Positions 50,246 through 64,000 of a stretch of 64,000 nucleotides of DNA are shown one piece after another. Position 1 is the first letter of the stretch. Every line of letters begins with the position of its first letter. Both the position numbers and the translations under genes were made by a program. The stretch covers positions 9,176,001-9,240,000 of the forward strand of contig NC_086385.1 of NCBI RefSeq assembly GCF_036588685.1, written 5' to 3'. Below the pieces are notes generated by a model that made no database searches, had not been told where the DNA came from, and saw only the letters and a program-made list of their open reading frames with translations. The stretch is from Mytilus trossulus (lineage: Eukaryota).

Positions 50246-52675
50246 AATCACAACATCACTTATTACTCAATTTATTTCACTTGACTGGGCGGAGTTAAAC
50301 CGTTTCGCTCATAATAAACCATTCCATCTATAGGTAGGTGTTGTAGGATAAACTCACCAATGAAATGTCAAGTCATTCTTTTGTAAATTCCTTTTGTGGC
50401 ACTGATAGGTGATTAGAAATCAGTAATAATTATAACGGCAATCATCCTAATCACACACATCTTCAAATATACTGTCCTTATGCAAATCAAAACGTAAGCT
50501 CCGCCCGATCAGTTGTTCAATTATGTAAAAAAAAATAGGAAATGTTATAAAATTTTGGAGCAGATTTTCTTCGTCGTAAATAATTAAGATCGGGTTCAAC
50601 CTGAAGCAGTGATAATCATATAAGTGTCAAAAAGGGACAAATAAATCCCTACACGAATGATTATACAATTATTCAAACCTTGCTTGACATTGCGGACCAG
50701 ATGCACCGAGTGGTATTGTTTATAAACTAAAATTATGGAAATAAAGTGTTTCTGAAAATGTCATTTTTATCCTTTTTCTGCATTAACTGCATTTTGTCAT
50801 GCTTTCTCCAGATCTTAAATAAAAAGATGTATGTCACTGTGCTGGATTTCATGATAAGCGCAATTTATTCTTAAAAACCTCAACGTTGGCGCAAAAGTAC
50901 ACGACGTCGCTGGCAGACTATTTCTCTGCAAATTACCGGCGACATTTTTCAGATGTATAAATTTTGCTTGTAAAGAGCTTCCTATAAATTGAAAATATTG
51001 TTTTCGGAAATAAAATCATCTGAATCATGAATACCTCTCTCAATTTGTGGTCGAAGTGAGAAACATCTCAAGAAAAAGTTATTAAAGACTGTTGATAAAT
51101 TTATTTTGGATAAATTTAGATCTTGACAAACAGGTACATGTACTGTAAACACGCGTGTATTATTTTATATAAACCTCATGTTGACCTCTAAATGTTTTTG
51201 TTTTTGGTTTGTTTTGTTTTGTTTCGTGGGCTGCTGTTTCATTTCAATACTCCTTAAGATCTTGTTATTCATGTTTTAGAATTTCACATTTATTCATGAT
51301 ATTAAACTCTTATTCGGGTCAATGAATACAATTAAATACAATTTGGAAATTCCTTAACAGTTTTAAAGTTCTCTGGTAAACAGTTATTTCCACTGGATCA
51401 AAACATAAAGGTTATTGACACGAGGTCTTTTTCTGCAAAAAGAACTTATTTTTTTTACATAAATCAGGCTTCAGTTTTCTCGTTTGAATTGTTTTACACG
51501 AGGCCTTTCATAGCTGACTATGCGGTATGGTTTTTGCTCATTTTTAAAGACTGTACGTTGACCTGTAATTGTTTATTTCTGTGTCATTTTGTCTCTTGTG
51601 GAGAGTTGTCTTATAAAGGAGAATCTTCAATTTGCTCAATGAAGCGTTTTGTCCTGACAAGGAAACTATACCATAATTTTTAATTTTTGATTTGGCAAAA
51701 ACGGTTGAATTAATAGCGATAGGACTGGGCATATAACCTATATCCTCTCCCCAAGCTTTGGGTTTGTTTCTGTCCCTCTCCCAACTTTCCACACTTTACC
51801 CACTTAAATTACGATTTCAAAGCAGGTTACTTTTATAATCTTGTACTATTGTTTGAAAATAGTGTTACTCACAGATTATTTCATATCCCTTTTAGGTGTT
51901 TGAAATTCATTTACCTCAATATAAAATTACCGGGAACTTGCATTTTACATAATGGCATTAGACAATACAAGTACCTTTTGAATATTGAGTGCCATTCCTT
52001 GTACAAATCAGAAGTATTTAGTTATAAAAGGTAGGAAAAACCCGCCGACATAATCATACTACTTTGAACTTTCCCTCAATATAAGTTAGAAATGGCTAGT
52101 TGTTTGTTTTAAGTGTGTCTGGAAATCGAAGAAATTTCTACACAAATTTTGGAAAATTCACATTACGGAGTTAGGTTCCTTCCATTCTTAATTGCTTGTT
52201 ATATCTTGAAATATCTCAACGAAAAAGGACACGAATGTTATATTCGTTGCATCATTATACATATTTCACTTTACAAAATGTTAATTTTAGCTGGTTTTTC
52301 TCCGTCATGTTTTACAAATGACTGACTGTCACTTACTTGTTTTCAGTCCCAAAAAAGTGTCAGAAATTATATATTAAAATGGATATCCATAAATGATCCA
52401 TTTAGTAACGACAACTTGTGTGTTTCAAGTAAGAGTAACATTTACTTTTATATTATCATCAATACCGATTACTTTCCTTTGTTGTCAGTGGTATGTACAT
52501 GAAATGATATTGATTTGACATGTATTTGATAGAGGATACTTAAATGACCAATAGAGTCTCTTGGAAGATTATTTGCCTCAGAAACAAGTTTCAAATTATC
52601 TGGTTTAAGAAATAAATGATCTTTTTCTTACATATGTTACAATATAAAATACTCTAACATATTTTTTGCCTTTAA

Positions 52676-55600
52676 GGTAAGGTTTGCATGAAACCTGGAT
52701 ATTTTTCTTAGTGATATTATACCAATATGATACATCATTGTGTTCAGGGAGGAGTACCCAATCATTTAATGAAGAAAAATCGAACATCGCCCGTCCTGTT
52801 TTTTCAGGTGAAAAGCTCAAAATTCCGATTTTTGACGATTTTTAGGGAAAATTGTATTTGAATTTTTCTGAAATAATAATGTATGCGAGTGACTATAAAA
52901 AAATAAAACTAAATAAAACATGTATAAATAATTGTGGTCCATTCATTAATAATAAATTTTAAATAAAATATCATAAAAAAGATCCTAAAAACAAGATTTT
53001 TTTATTTTTGGGTAAAAAAAAAACCTGTTGCAATGGCAACAAAAAGCCAAAAATATCCCTTTTCCGGGTCCACCGTTTTTGTAAAAAACTGTGAACTTAA
53101 GGAATTAACTATTTGAATTATAATGAGTTAATAAAATTGGTATATCCCCGAATTCGTTTTTACGGAAATGGCCGTTATATGTGTCCATCTTGTCATTTCT
53201 GTAAAACACAAAAATATTTTTTTTGTTGATCTGCAAAGAAGAAAGTCATCTTTAATAGCATCTTTTTACAAAGAATAATTTTGTCTTGTAACACTGGCTT
53301 GACCATAATCAATGGGAGAAAATAGTGATTAACTTAGGGATGACATCAAAAGATCAATGTTGGATGAAAACTTAATTCAAATAGTATGGGGGTGGGGGGG
53401 GGGGGATAAAAGTTGCTGCAAGTTTTGTTAATCTGACATCGATTTTACATATATCCATATCGGTTAATCAATTTTCCCAAATTAAGTTAAGAGGGGCAGG
53501 AGGAGGGTCAGTGAACAAACTATGTGAATTAAGTTTTTTTTTTATCCTACATTAAACTTTTGATGTCGTCCCTTAACTGTTATGCCCACAACTATCAGTC
53601 GGAAGGGGAGGTGTTTAACTTTGGTCATACTTTTGTATTAATACATGTACAAGACTCTGATTTTGAAGGAAACACTTATATTCTTTCAGTGCTTCAAACT
53701 GTAATATTTTAAATTTTAGAAAAGCATTCAAATTGTCATTAAAAGTAATGAAAATTGCTTCATTGCCCCATGTTTGGTAAATTGTTTGTATGCAGCAATT
53801 GGATGAAAAGACATCAGTTTTGACTATAGTAAAGTCATTTACAGCAGCCGTGTTTATTCCATTCATTTAAATCTAGACATCAACAAATATTTATGACTAA
53901 GCAGGGGAAAGCCTTGCAGGAGAAAAATAGATTACTGGTATGATTTGTCCAATTGTTGCACATGATGTTCAGATTTGGAGTCTTTGACCAAACAAACAAA
54001 CTACATGCTCCTATACATGATGTAAGACGAAACAGACGATGTCCTCGGAATACAAATGACCACCCGTATATGTATTGTTGATATTTAAAATAAGAAATGC
54101 AGTTATGTAGACCTGTAATATGAAAATCTTCCACATTTTAATAAATTAAAATCAGTTCAATGAAGTTCACAGGAGTAACGGCACTGTAGTTCCCCATTGG
54201 CGATTTGATGTTCGCAAATGCAGTTTTACTGTCCACGCGTAGGGGAGACAGTAAAACGGAAATTTGCGACCGTCAAATCAAAATTGATTGTGGCTACTCT
54301 TCAACCACAGTTATGTAATTCCGATTATAATGCATTACAAAAAGAAATAATATGTTAGAGCTTGGAATAAATCGGTAATGTGTTCATGGAACACTGATGA
54401 TGCCAACTCTTACATAAACATGAAACATTACGTATAAATTTTATAACATTTGGTAAAAGCAAACTAAAGTTGGAGAACAGAAACGAAAAATTCAGAAAAC
54501 GACCTCATAAAAATACTCCGAGCGTCGTCACTACTTTATTATGATCTCTTATATACAGAGAAAGACTAAAAACTAACAATTTCCCGGATTTTATAGTGAG
54601 TCCGTGCATGTGTAGAGACACATATTACCATCCTTGTTTTTAGATAAATTGATTCAAAGTTGACTGATATGAATAGAAGTTTGTTTGATTAGAGGTTGTA
54701 AAATGTCCAGTGGCAAATACTTCAGGCATGTTCAGGACGACACAATACAATAGTTGTGTCTTAATGCATCCATTAAAAAAATTACTATTAGAACACTCCG
54801 TCAGTTGTAAAAGTGATTGATAAAATAAAATATATTTCGAATGATGTAAACGTGTGGGTTGTGTGCATATTTGCGGACAAACCTTACAAACTATACATTT
54901 GAAAAGTTCAAGTTCAACATTCTGTCATTCGTAAAAATTATGCAATAAAAATATCTGAGAATATACATATATATGCATCCTCTATAAGTAAAACACATGG
55001 CGCTTTATGTAAATTTTTAAACTAAATTGACTAAAAGTGTCACAAAAATGTGCCGTTTTTCATTCAATCCTGCGTTTCTATAACTTGTATTTATACTGTA
55101 TAAAAAATCGGAAACGGTGTGCATCAGAGTTACAAATTCAATAAAAGAGACAGCTTCACAGTCAGTGAAAAAGTTACCGGGGTTCTTGAAGCAGAATAAA
55201 CAACACTTATATCTGGTGAAAGGACAATAAGGGAACAAGCTTTAAAAACACAAGATATTAGACCGATTTCTATTGAAATGAGCTTCCCATACATTAGTTT
55301 TTTTTAAGGTTTTATGGCGGGAGACAAGAGAATGGGGACGGGAAAATGGAGAAAGGTATCCCCTGTCCGGCCCCTCATAAATCTAGAACTGTAAAAGTGA
55401 CGACATCAAAATTCAAATCTATTCTGTGTTTTTGTGGCAAAAAGTATTGTGCATAAGTTTTATATCAGTTGGTTGAGGAAAACTGAAGTTAGAGAATGGA
55501 AACCAATTTTGTAAAAACAGACGTACACTATGATACGTACATTCAGATCGACGTACAAACAGACAAGGATATAACTAAATGCCCCCTTTGCTACGCCGGG

Positions 55601-55916
55601 GGCATAAAAATGTACATTTATTAAATAATAAAATAAAACTCCGCGAAACTTCATGAATGGTTTTTGCACAAAGACGTTATGGCTAAACGTGACGTTATAT
55701 AAATGAAAACTAACAAACTGAAGGTCATCGTTACTTGTACGATTCAAATTTTGATAAGATTACATCAAAACGGCGATTTTGAGGTAGGTGTTGTTTTATT
55801 TTCGATAATACTGTAGTTATCAAACATTGGTTAATCAAAGCAATTCAAAATGGCGGGTCCCTCCTTTTTTCAATTATTTGAATTCGAGTTATCTCCCATT
55901 GTACGCAAAGCTTACC
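52676..55916. mobile_element. Probable 3.2-kb TTAA-flanked TIR element with nested insertions
   Basis: TTAA|GGTAAGGTTTGCAT ... ACGCAAAGCTTACC|TTAA (12/14 TIR match); no recognisable transposase ORF. Confidence 0.55.
53337..53572. mobile_element. PIF/Harbinger-like MITE with TTA TSD
   Basis: TTA|GGGATGACATCAAAAGATCAATGT ... ACATTAAACTTTTGATGTCGTCCC|TTA. Confidence 0.82.
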
Positions 55917-56043
55917 TTAAGTGTTTTGATATTTGATTTATTTTTTTTCAGTTTTTTCCATAACACAAGGAGATATGGTAGCATTGTCTATTAGATAACT
56001 ATCCCTATAGTTCAAATGAAGATAATGAAAAAATATATATCTT

Positions 56044-56690
56044 ACGTCCCCGCGGGTATCACCAGCCCAGTTTTCTGCAATTATAATGTCATTTTTTACA
56101 AAGGTATTGTTTGCCAAAGTATGAATTATTCTAAATACTTAGACTTTCTTAACCCAGGCATAGATTACCGTAGCCGTATTTGGTCCAACTTTTTGAAATT
56201 TCAGGTCCTCAATGCTCTTCAATTCTTTACTTGTTTGGCTTTGTAATTATTTTTTATCCTGAGCGTCACTAATGAGTCTTAGGCAGACGAAACGCGCGTC
56301 TTGCGTATCATATTATAAGCCTGGTACTGTTGACAATTATTAACACCACTTGGTTTATGGCAATGCTGGAAGACGTTTCATTCACGATGATATCACCAAC
56401 TTAGTAGTCGGCACTTCGGTGTTTACACATGTTATGTGGTAATTGTTTGAAATTTTCTGATTGCAAAAGTATGAACTATTCGAAATACTAATGATTTTCT
56501 TATCTCGGGTATATATTAGAATACATTTTATTGGTACAACTTTTTGCAAGTGTAGGTCCACAATGCTCTTAAACATTCTACTTGTTTGGCTTTCTTACTA
56601 TTTTTCATCTGATCGAGACTGATTAGTCTTATGAAGAAGAAAAGCCCGTCTGACGTATCAAATTATAAGCCTGTTACCTTTGATAATTAC
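56044..56690 (+). mobile_element. Tandem dimer of degenerate family A retrozyme units
   Basis: Two hammerhead remnants with GTC sites at 56298-56300 and 56648-56650 (350 nt apart). The first has CTAATGA instead of CTGATGA; the second is more decayed. Confidence 0.8.
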
Positions 56691-59226
56691 TGACCTTCAA
56701 TAAGGAGAAACACATACCGTATAAAGTCGGCTACAAATTGCATCGAAATGAAAACAACACTAACAAAAACGCTTTACTTAAAACAAAACAATCACCAAAT
56801 TATACACATATTGGACATGAACAACCGAAAACCACTAAACTATATGTCCTGCATTGGGACAGGTACATACCGATTGTGGCGGGGTTAGACATTAACCATC
56901 CGGTAACTGGTACAGCACAACAAAAGAAAAAAAAACGAAAACAATCTGTTGAAAAGGGCTGAACTCATCAGATCAACACAAAACATTTTTTTTTACAAAC
57001 AACACAGACTGGGCATGTATATCTAAGCAACAAAACAGACACAAAGTACAGAATGGAAGTACTGGCGCAGTTACTGTCAGTTAGTTCAAAGCCGATAAAA
57101 AATCATGTATTTAAGACGAAAACTGTCTTTCTAAATCAAAAAAATAATTTACTTGATTTCCTATGTAATTGTTATTATGTCGGACGATACAGCAGTTTGC
57201 CATTGTCGCCAAAGCCACTATGCTATGTCAATTTATATCTGTAATGGAACGAGAGTCATATTCACATTATTTGTATTCCATGCATATATACACCAATTAG
57301 ATCTTTTGAAAAAGTCAGTCTTATGATATTTAACATGTTTATGATGTGCTCTTTCCAATTGTATAGCCCCCCTCTCCCAGCAAAAAGACACCAAAAAAAG
57401 CCTCAAGTACTAAGTAGATCAATTTTATAAATTAATTCATCAATACATTACTTCATAAAAAAAATATGAGACAGACAGAGAGGTCTACGATTGACGCTGG
57501 TAGAAAAGTCGTATTGATTTAGAGTTATCCCTCTTTGGCCCAAGGATTTTCACTACATGTGCGTGCTTTTCCTCACTAGTAACTCTACAATCATTTGTGG
57601 AGGTAGAAAAGTACTTACATGTCGATGTACACTGAATTACTAACAACTATTTTCAAGCAACATGGAGTTGAAATATAAAAATTCAGATTGAAATTTCAAT
57701 AAATAGGTCAAATGTTCGAACAATAAATATTAATAATATGTTTATTAGTCCCATCAAATCAAAGTATGTAATAGATATAGTAGTAATCTCGATAAGAACT
57801 AAATGGCTGGCTTAAGTTCGTTATTTCGTAAATTGTATATATATAGGAAGATGTGGTGTGAGTGCCAATGAGACAACTATCCATCCAAATAACAATTTAT
57901 AAAAGTTAACCATTATAGGTCAATGTTTCTATAAACAACCTTAGATATCTATGTCTGTATAAACAACCTTATATATCTATAATTAGACTGATAAATATTC
58001 ACTATTTTTCTAATCGTTGACATTTAACCTTGTGATGAAATCAAAAGTAACGTATATACTTGTATAAAACACACTGTGCATATTTTTAAAAGATTTAAGG
58101 CGTGAACAGTCTCGCATAAAATATCTTTTATTATTCGAAAAACGTCACTTTATTTGTTGTGTATTGGAAAGTTCACATTTATTGATCACGTGATTTACCT
58201 GGCAAACACTTACATTTAGGTTTTTAGTTTGTGTAATGAATAGACAACATCTTTGCTTTGATGTGACAAAGACTATGTTTATAAGGATTATCACAATATA
58301 TAAGTATATAGTGTAGCCTGTCGTAAGTATTATTTATATCTAATAGTGTCTCGAGTCATCAATCGAAATGGATATGTACTTCCTCTTTTTGATTATTGTT
58401 GTACAATATGGACTGAAACATGCAATCTAAGTATGGAAAAATTGTTAAAATTGCAAAAACACAGCAGCCAGAATAATTCTTAACAAATCATATGACACAC
58501 TATTAAAAACTTTATTTAAACAATTAGGATGGTTGACTTTTCAATCAAGCATCACATATCACAAAGGAGTATAAATGTATAAGTGTGTAAATAGTCTTGC
58601 ACCTGATTATCTTTGTCAATTATTTAATAATAATAAAATGTTAATCCAAGATATTCTTTGCGTTCATCGGACGATAATTGTCTTTGCATACCACGTCCGA
58701 GAACAAATTTGATGAAAAAAACTTAATTATCAGATGAAGTTTACCTATTAAATAAAAATTCATATATTTATCTTGTACATCTGACATTAACAAAATATGT
58801 TCATGAACCTATTCTGTATGTGTTTCGCCTTTTGTTTTGCATAAAAAGTATTATATAAATGTATGTATTATATTATTGTATATTTTGAATTATTCAGAGG
58901 GCACCAGGGGAGATTAGTATTGTACTAACTGATTTAACCTCTTTAAATAAAGTATTTATTATATTATTATTATTATTTCGCCCTTGGCCGACATTTTTTG
59001 AAGCATAGTACTATTGATTTTGCCTTCCTTGTCATTTCATACACAAAGTAGTTGCTTTCATTAAAAGCTGCAGTTTGTTGTCTTGGGTCACACATAAAAG
59101 CTTTGGTTTGGGATTTATCTGCCTTAAGATATTATTCAGTGCCTATCTTATTTCTTGGGTCTCAATATTTTGCTTTTTGAGATACTAAACTTTGAATTGA
59201 GAATCATTTAAACACATATCAGTGAA

Positions 59227-61790
59227 ATGGCAGGAATTGAGGACAACACAGACAAGAACATTAAAATGGCAGAAACTAAATCACTTGGGGATATGGGGAA
59301 ACCCAAAGCTGAAGACGTTTTTACAGAGGACATCTCAGAAATGACTATTAAACTATTGTACGAGGAATTTTTAGCAGATAGAAAATCTAATGCTCAAAGA
59401 ACAGTTGAAATTTATCGCAATATAAAACAGAGCGAAGCGCGAATTGATAAAATATGTGTTGGTCTCATTACGTTTTAAGCTGAACAGAAAGAGGCAATGT
59501 ATATTAATAACGAACATATGAGAGCAATATCTCGGCAACTTCAGCAGTCTGAAGACATGATAGACAACAAGGCTAGTAATAATTGCTTGGCGGAATTGAT
59601 GGTAAAACCAAAACGATATTCAATGTTGTGGTGAGATGATTAGACAAGCTGACAACAACTGAGGAAGGAGAAACAGTTCAATATAAAAGTGCATTTGAAC
59701 AGCAGGGTACCTTCCAACAACTGGCATCTGTTGTAAATGAAATATTGGACAATCGAAATAAATAATTTAAAATTCCTGCAATGGACACATCATCAAGCCA
59801 AAATGTGACCGCAAGTTTACCAAAAGTACACAAAAAAATCCATGCCTTGGGTCTTTTCCCAATTGTAGTTTGCATGAACCATCAACCGCACCAATTCTGT
59901 TGAAGGTGTCTTCACCATAAGTCAAAAATTCCAATGTCAGGGCCCTTGGTCCTGCATGAGACAGTTCAAATTATCCAACAACAATCTTTATTTAAGAAAA
60001 TACTATAAACCTCTAGACCTAGTCAAGGATACCAACAAAAAGGCCTATGTGTCTTCTTACGCACACTTACCATCTACTATGAGTCAATAATATTTAGTTA
60101 AGAGCAGCACACCATTACAGAAACGATTGGCTGCAAGTGGATTATATCAAGCTTCGCCGATGCCGAATGCAGTGCCTATACTTACGGGATCATCCCCGTC
60201 GAGTCAATGGCAAATCCCACATGTATCACTCGAATTATGACTACCTCGTCAGCTCGTGGAGCTCTAATAGGCTTCCCATTACAGCAAGCTGACTCCACAG
60301 ACCGATTAAGGAAAGTGCAGAGGAAACCAAAAGAGTGCGGCAACACCTCTTCTTCAGATTCCTCATTGGAGGGGGAATATACCCGATGGCAAGAAAATAT
60401 TGGTGCAAGTGACCGGAGCCGAAGCCCAACTCCCAAAAATGCAAAAACTCAATTGAAGAGTATCCATGACTTGGGCGGGGTTCATTTACCAATTTGAACG
60501 AACTGTCGGTAAATGACAATGGTAAAACAGGGAAAATGTGTGTAGGCCCCAGATTGCTAGGTTGATGTTGGCTTTGAGTACGCTCGCAAGGTAAAGACAG
60601 ATGATGATTCCAAGGCCTTAAAAAGCATTCATTTACAGCAGCGCTTCAGCAAGAAAGATCAAACCAGATTGGAACTGGGGCAATCCGTCGAGGATGCTAA
60701 GACAAAGATTCTATAAGGCATGTTATAGAGAGGAACCCAGAAACATTCAACAAGGCGTTTAAACAATTGAAAACCTAAATAACAAACCAGATGGCGGGCG
60801 ATAGATGGATAAAAAAGTGCCAAATATGACCATCGACAAGTCTACTTTGCTGATGGCGTAGTATCACCGACCGATAAAAGAAATATGAACAGTCCTTTGG
60901 ATAATGAGGTGCATAACTTTACACAAATTGTCACAAAACTAGCTGATGTTATGCTTTCAACTAACCAGCATAACCGTGGATTGGCCGATCAATATAACCT
61001 CGGTTCTTCTGATCAAATAATCATGAAAGATCACCAGTTACATGGAAGATTACCTGATCAATATACACGTGGAAGATCTCCTGAGCAATACAATCGCGAT
61101 AGATCGCAAGATAGAAATACACCCAACCTTAATGCCTATCGATCAGCAACACATCCCCCCACTAAGCTAGAGATCATTTGGTCTCTAAGGACAACGGTTA
61201 GCATCTCCACGGACAAACTCCAGAATTCCGGTTATTTCAAACAACGGTCACCTTCACCAGGATACGGAGCAAATCAAAGTGCAACCCCAACAATAGAGGT
61301 TTTAAACAGCAAAGTGTCTGGCCAGTAGGCCAACGTACGATTCCAAAGTCTATTGGCCATGAAACATCACCTCATCACCAAATCGATCAGATGGCCACGT
61401 CCTCGTCAGATATTGTCATATACGAACCATATGAAAGAGCTTAGCAGTCAGAGGTAACCCACACCACGTACTATACATGACAAGAATGTGAGCATGATTG
61501 TGGACACTGCTGCAATGATAACATTAGTAAATGACAAATTAATTCCGGCAAAAAATTTGAGATTTGGAGAACGTAACGCTACGTGGTGTGGGTTAATAGC
61601 TTGTTATTGTGAAGATTATAAAGAACGACTCTCGACATTAATAGAATAAACATACAATGGGATGTGTGCAAAGAGCCATTAACAGACGATTTTATACTAA
61701 GGGTAGATATTTTGGACACACTGAGCGCAGTGATAAACCTGAGTACTCCCACAATTACCATCAACAAAATATAGTGATAAATGCGGCATT
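59227..61790 (+). mobile_element. Heavily decayed Ty3/Gypsy-like gag-protease region
   Basis: Fragmented ORFs on +. Gag-like GFIYQFERT and EYARKVK..LQQRFSKKD (~60480-60660), retropepsin motifs MIVDTAAMITLVN (61494-61532) and DDFILRVDIL (ILGxD-like, ~61686). Many stops and frameshifts; no LTR pair or RT found. Confidence 0.7.
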
Positions 61791-64000
61791 TGTTAACTAT
61801 GAAAACTAGATTTCAACTCAGAGTGGGTCCATAGCTGAAATCAAATGGTATATAACCAATAACTACTATGCAAAGTTTCATGCTTTCCTCGTCAAGTGAG
61901 CAATTCTGCTCTATATCTGCATCAATCGGCCGGACTATAATATTTATTCAATTTAGCAAATATGTACTCAATAAGCATCATGTAAATCATTAAATAAAGA
62001 AACATGAAATTTACAGTTTTAAACAAGGGAAACAATAAAGAACATTCTGAAACTTATTAAACTAGTAAGGGAGACAACTACAAACACACTTTCATATTCA
62101 GTCAACGTTTATCACTATGCATTATTTATAAATTATGCGGCGAAGAAAAATGATTTTGATCAATACAGTGACTGTACCTATTATAACAAATAGATGCTAA
62201 CAACAGAATCAAAGGTTGAAATGAGCAAAGAATGACGGTCCATTCAAGATAATTGTCTGTGTCTATTGAAAATAAGTTGTGATTGCATTGCGCATTTCAA
62301 CTTCCTGTAAAAACATAGAGTTATTGTCATTTAATCTAGTGGCAGGTAGAAAGGCTAAATTAATGACCTAAGCCTTCATTCGATAATAAGGATAGTGTAA
62401 TGTATTCAGCTACACAAAATAAATTAAAAATTATATCAAGTCTTTCAGTCCCGTTTTCATAAATGGGTCGAAAAAAATCGTTTTAAAACTTACCATAAAA
62501 AATATTAATACTTGTTTGAATTTATTTCAGACAAAACGAATATACAAAGAAAGCGTTCAAAGCTGATTGCTAGGCAATATAATGCAGACAATATATTGTC
62601 AAGTTGTCCCATAAAAAGCATCACATTCTGATAGAGATCAAAATGTCTTCCTGAAATAATGTCACTGCCATGTTCATGATATATCGAAGACAATAATAAA
62701 CAAAATAGATATAACATCGTAATGTTACTATACAGCATGCCTATACCATGTGATAATAGTTATCAAAGGTACCGTCATTTTAATTTAATACGCCACTAAT
62801 AAAAATATAGGCCAAAGTGGAACAGCATCATCTGATTTTAGGCACTTGGCACAGCTTAAACAATGAAAAATTATTAACTCGCTTGACGTATTTTTTTTAA
62901 ATGTACCAATTTCTGTTTGTTGAATAAGAGCTTAAAATGTCAAAAACATAGACAGGTTGCTTTGTTACGTATCAGATGAAAAAAAGGAATAAAAAACAAA
63001 ACCTATAAAGATCAACAATCCAATCAACTATACAAAATATCACGTTAAGTAAGGAAACACTTATAGGAAATAACGCATGACTTGATGACATCATGTTTTG
63101 ATTTTGTGTCACACCACCAGTTGCTCACTCCAATTTAGAACGTATGTAAAAGCAGGTCTACTCGGACATAAAATAGTGCATTTGATATCATTGTTTACTT
63201 AAACTAACCAACAAATTGGCAGAAATAAAACTTTTGGTGAAAGAAAAATATATTAAGACCATTTTGAGCTACAATTTACTTGTTTATGAGTTTGCATTCA
63301 AAATTGAGGACTAATGCACTCTATGGTATACTATTTAAGATTTCCAGAAAACCAGGGGTTATTTTTAGTGGTACCTCTATTCGGAAGACCTCTTCTTTCT
63401 TATATGATTTTAAACATCTGTTGAAAATTGGCATGTAGAAAGCTGATAAATGTACAATTCAGGAAATACCGGGTTTCTATGAAGTTAAACTTAAGGTAAA
63501 ATATTTAGATAGCTGTGAAAATAGCAAAATTTAGTTGAACAGATAGTGACTTTTAATTGGTGTCTGACATCTAAATGCGAAATGCGGTGAAACATCTAAA
63601 TCACAAAACAATTATTTTTTTTGTCTTAACTGATCATGTGAAATAATTATAGCAACATTTCAATCTTTTTTGGGGCAAAATGTCACATATTGCATATTAA
63701 GAGCCTAAAACTTGAGTTTGTGCTATTTTTAGCTTTCCTCACCCTGACAATATGCTTTGATATAAAAAATGTCCTTAATTGTTATAAATGCACAGAAAGT
63801 TGTTTCTATGGTGATAAACATGAAAACATAGGTTGTTTACTACCCTCAACCAAATTTTGTCATGCAGATTTAATGAATTTATTTGTTTTTTACCCCTTAT
63901 ATCATTGTGTCATACTATTTACTTGGCAGATAGCAAAGCCTAATGTAAACACTGCAGAAACTCACAAAAATACCATTCATTATTCCAAATGAAATTTTAA

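Noticed and set aside
59227-61328. ORFs 59227, 60207 and 60885 as host genes
   Set aside because: Collinear with gag- and protease-like fragments separated by stops and frameshifts; best read as one dead LTR element.
62000-64000. ORFs 62505 and 63690
   Set aside because: Low-information AT-rich frames with no motif or convincing splice structure.

Overview
AT-rich, intron-containing eukaryotic DNA, most likely a bivalve mollusc such as Mytilus. That assignment is an inference from the repeat families and gene types, not a database match. Most short ORFs in the track are noise. I could build two spliced + strand genes by hand. (1) A four-coding-exon NLR/Avs-like gene (7320-17935) has an N-terminal DZIP3-type HEPN ribonuclease domain with an intact RNKFAH (Rx4H) motif, a STAND P-loop NTPase of the nSTAND3 type, and 16-18 ankyrin repeats with hypervariable surface positions. 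As sequenced it carries a 1-nt frameshift in coding exon 1 and a premature TAA in the ankyrin array. (2) An intact 163-aa secreted C-type lectin with an EPN motif (37746-43107). The rest is repeat-dense. There are about ten copies of ~350-nt retrozyme-like elements from two families with minimal type I hammerhead ribozymes, two of them with intact cores, plus a second covarying structured-RNA motif. A ~165-bp satellite array has higher-order structure and an internal inversion. Other elements are several TTAA-flanked (Kolobok-like) and TWA-flanked (PIF/Harbinger-like) non-autonomous DNA elements, a Penelope-like RT fragment, a CR1/L2-type LINE 3' end, a decayed Gypsy gag-protease, and traces of local segmental duplication.
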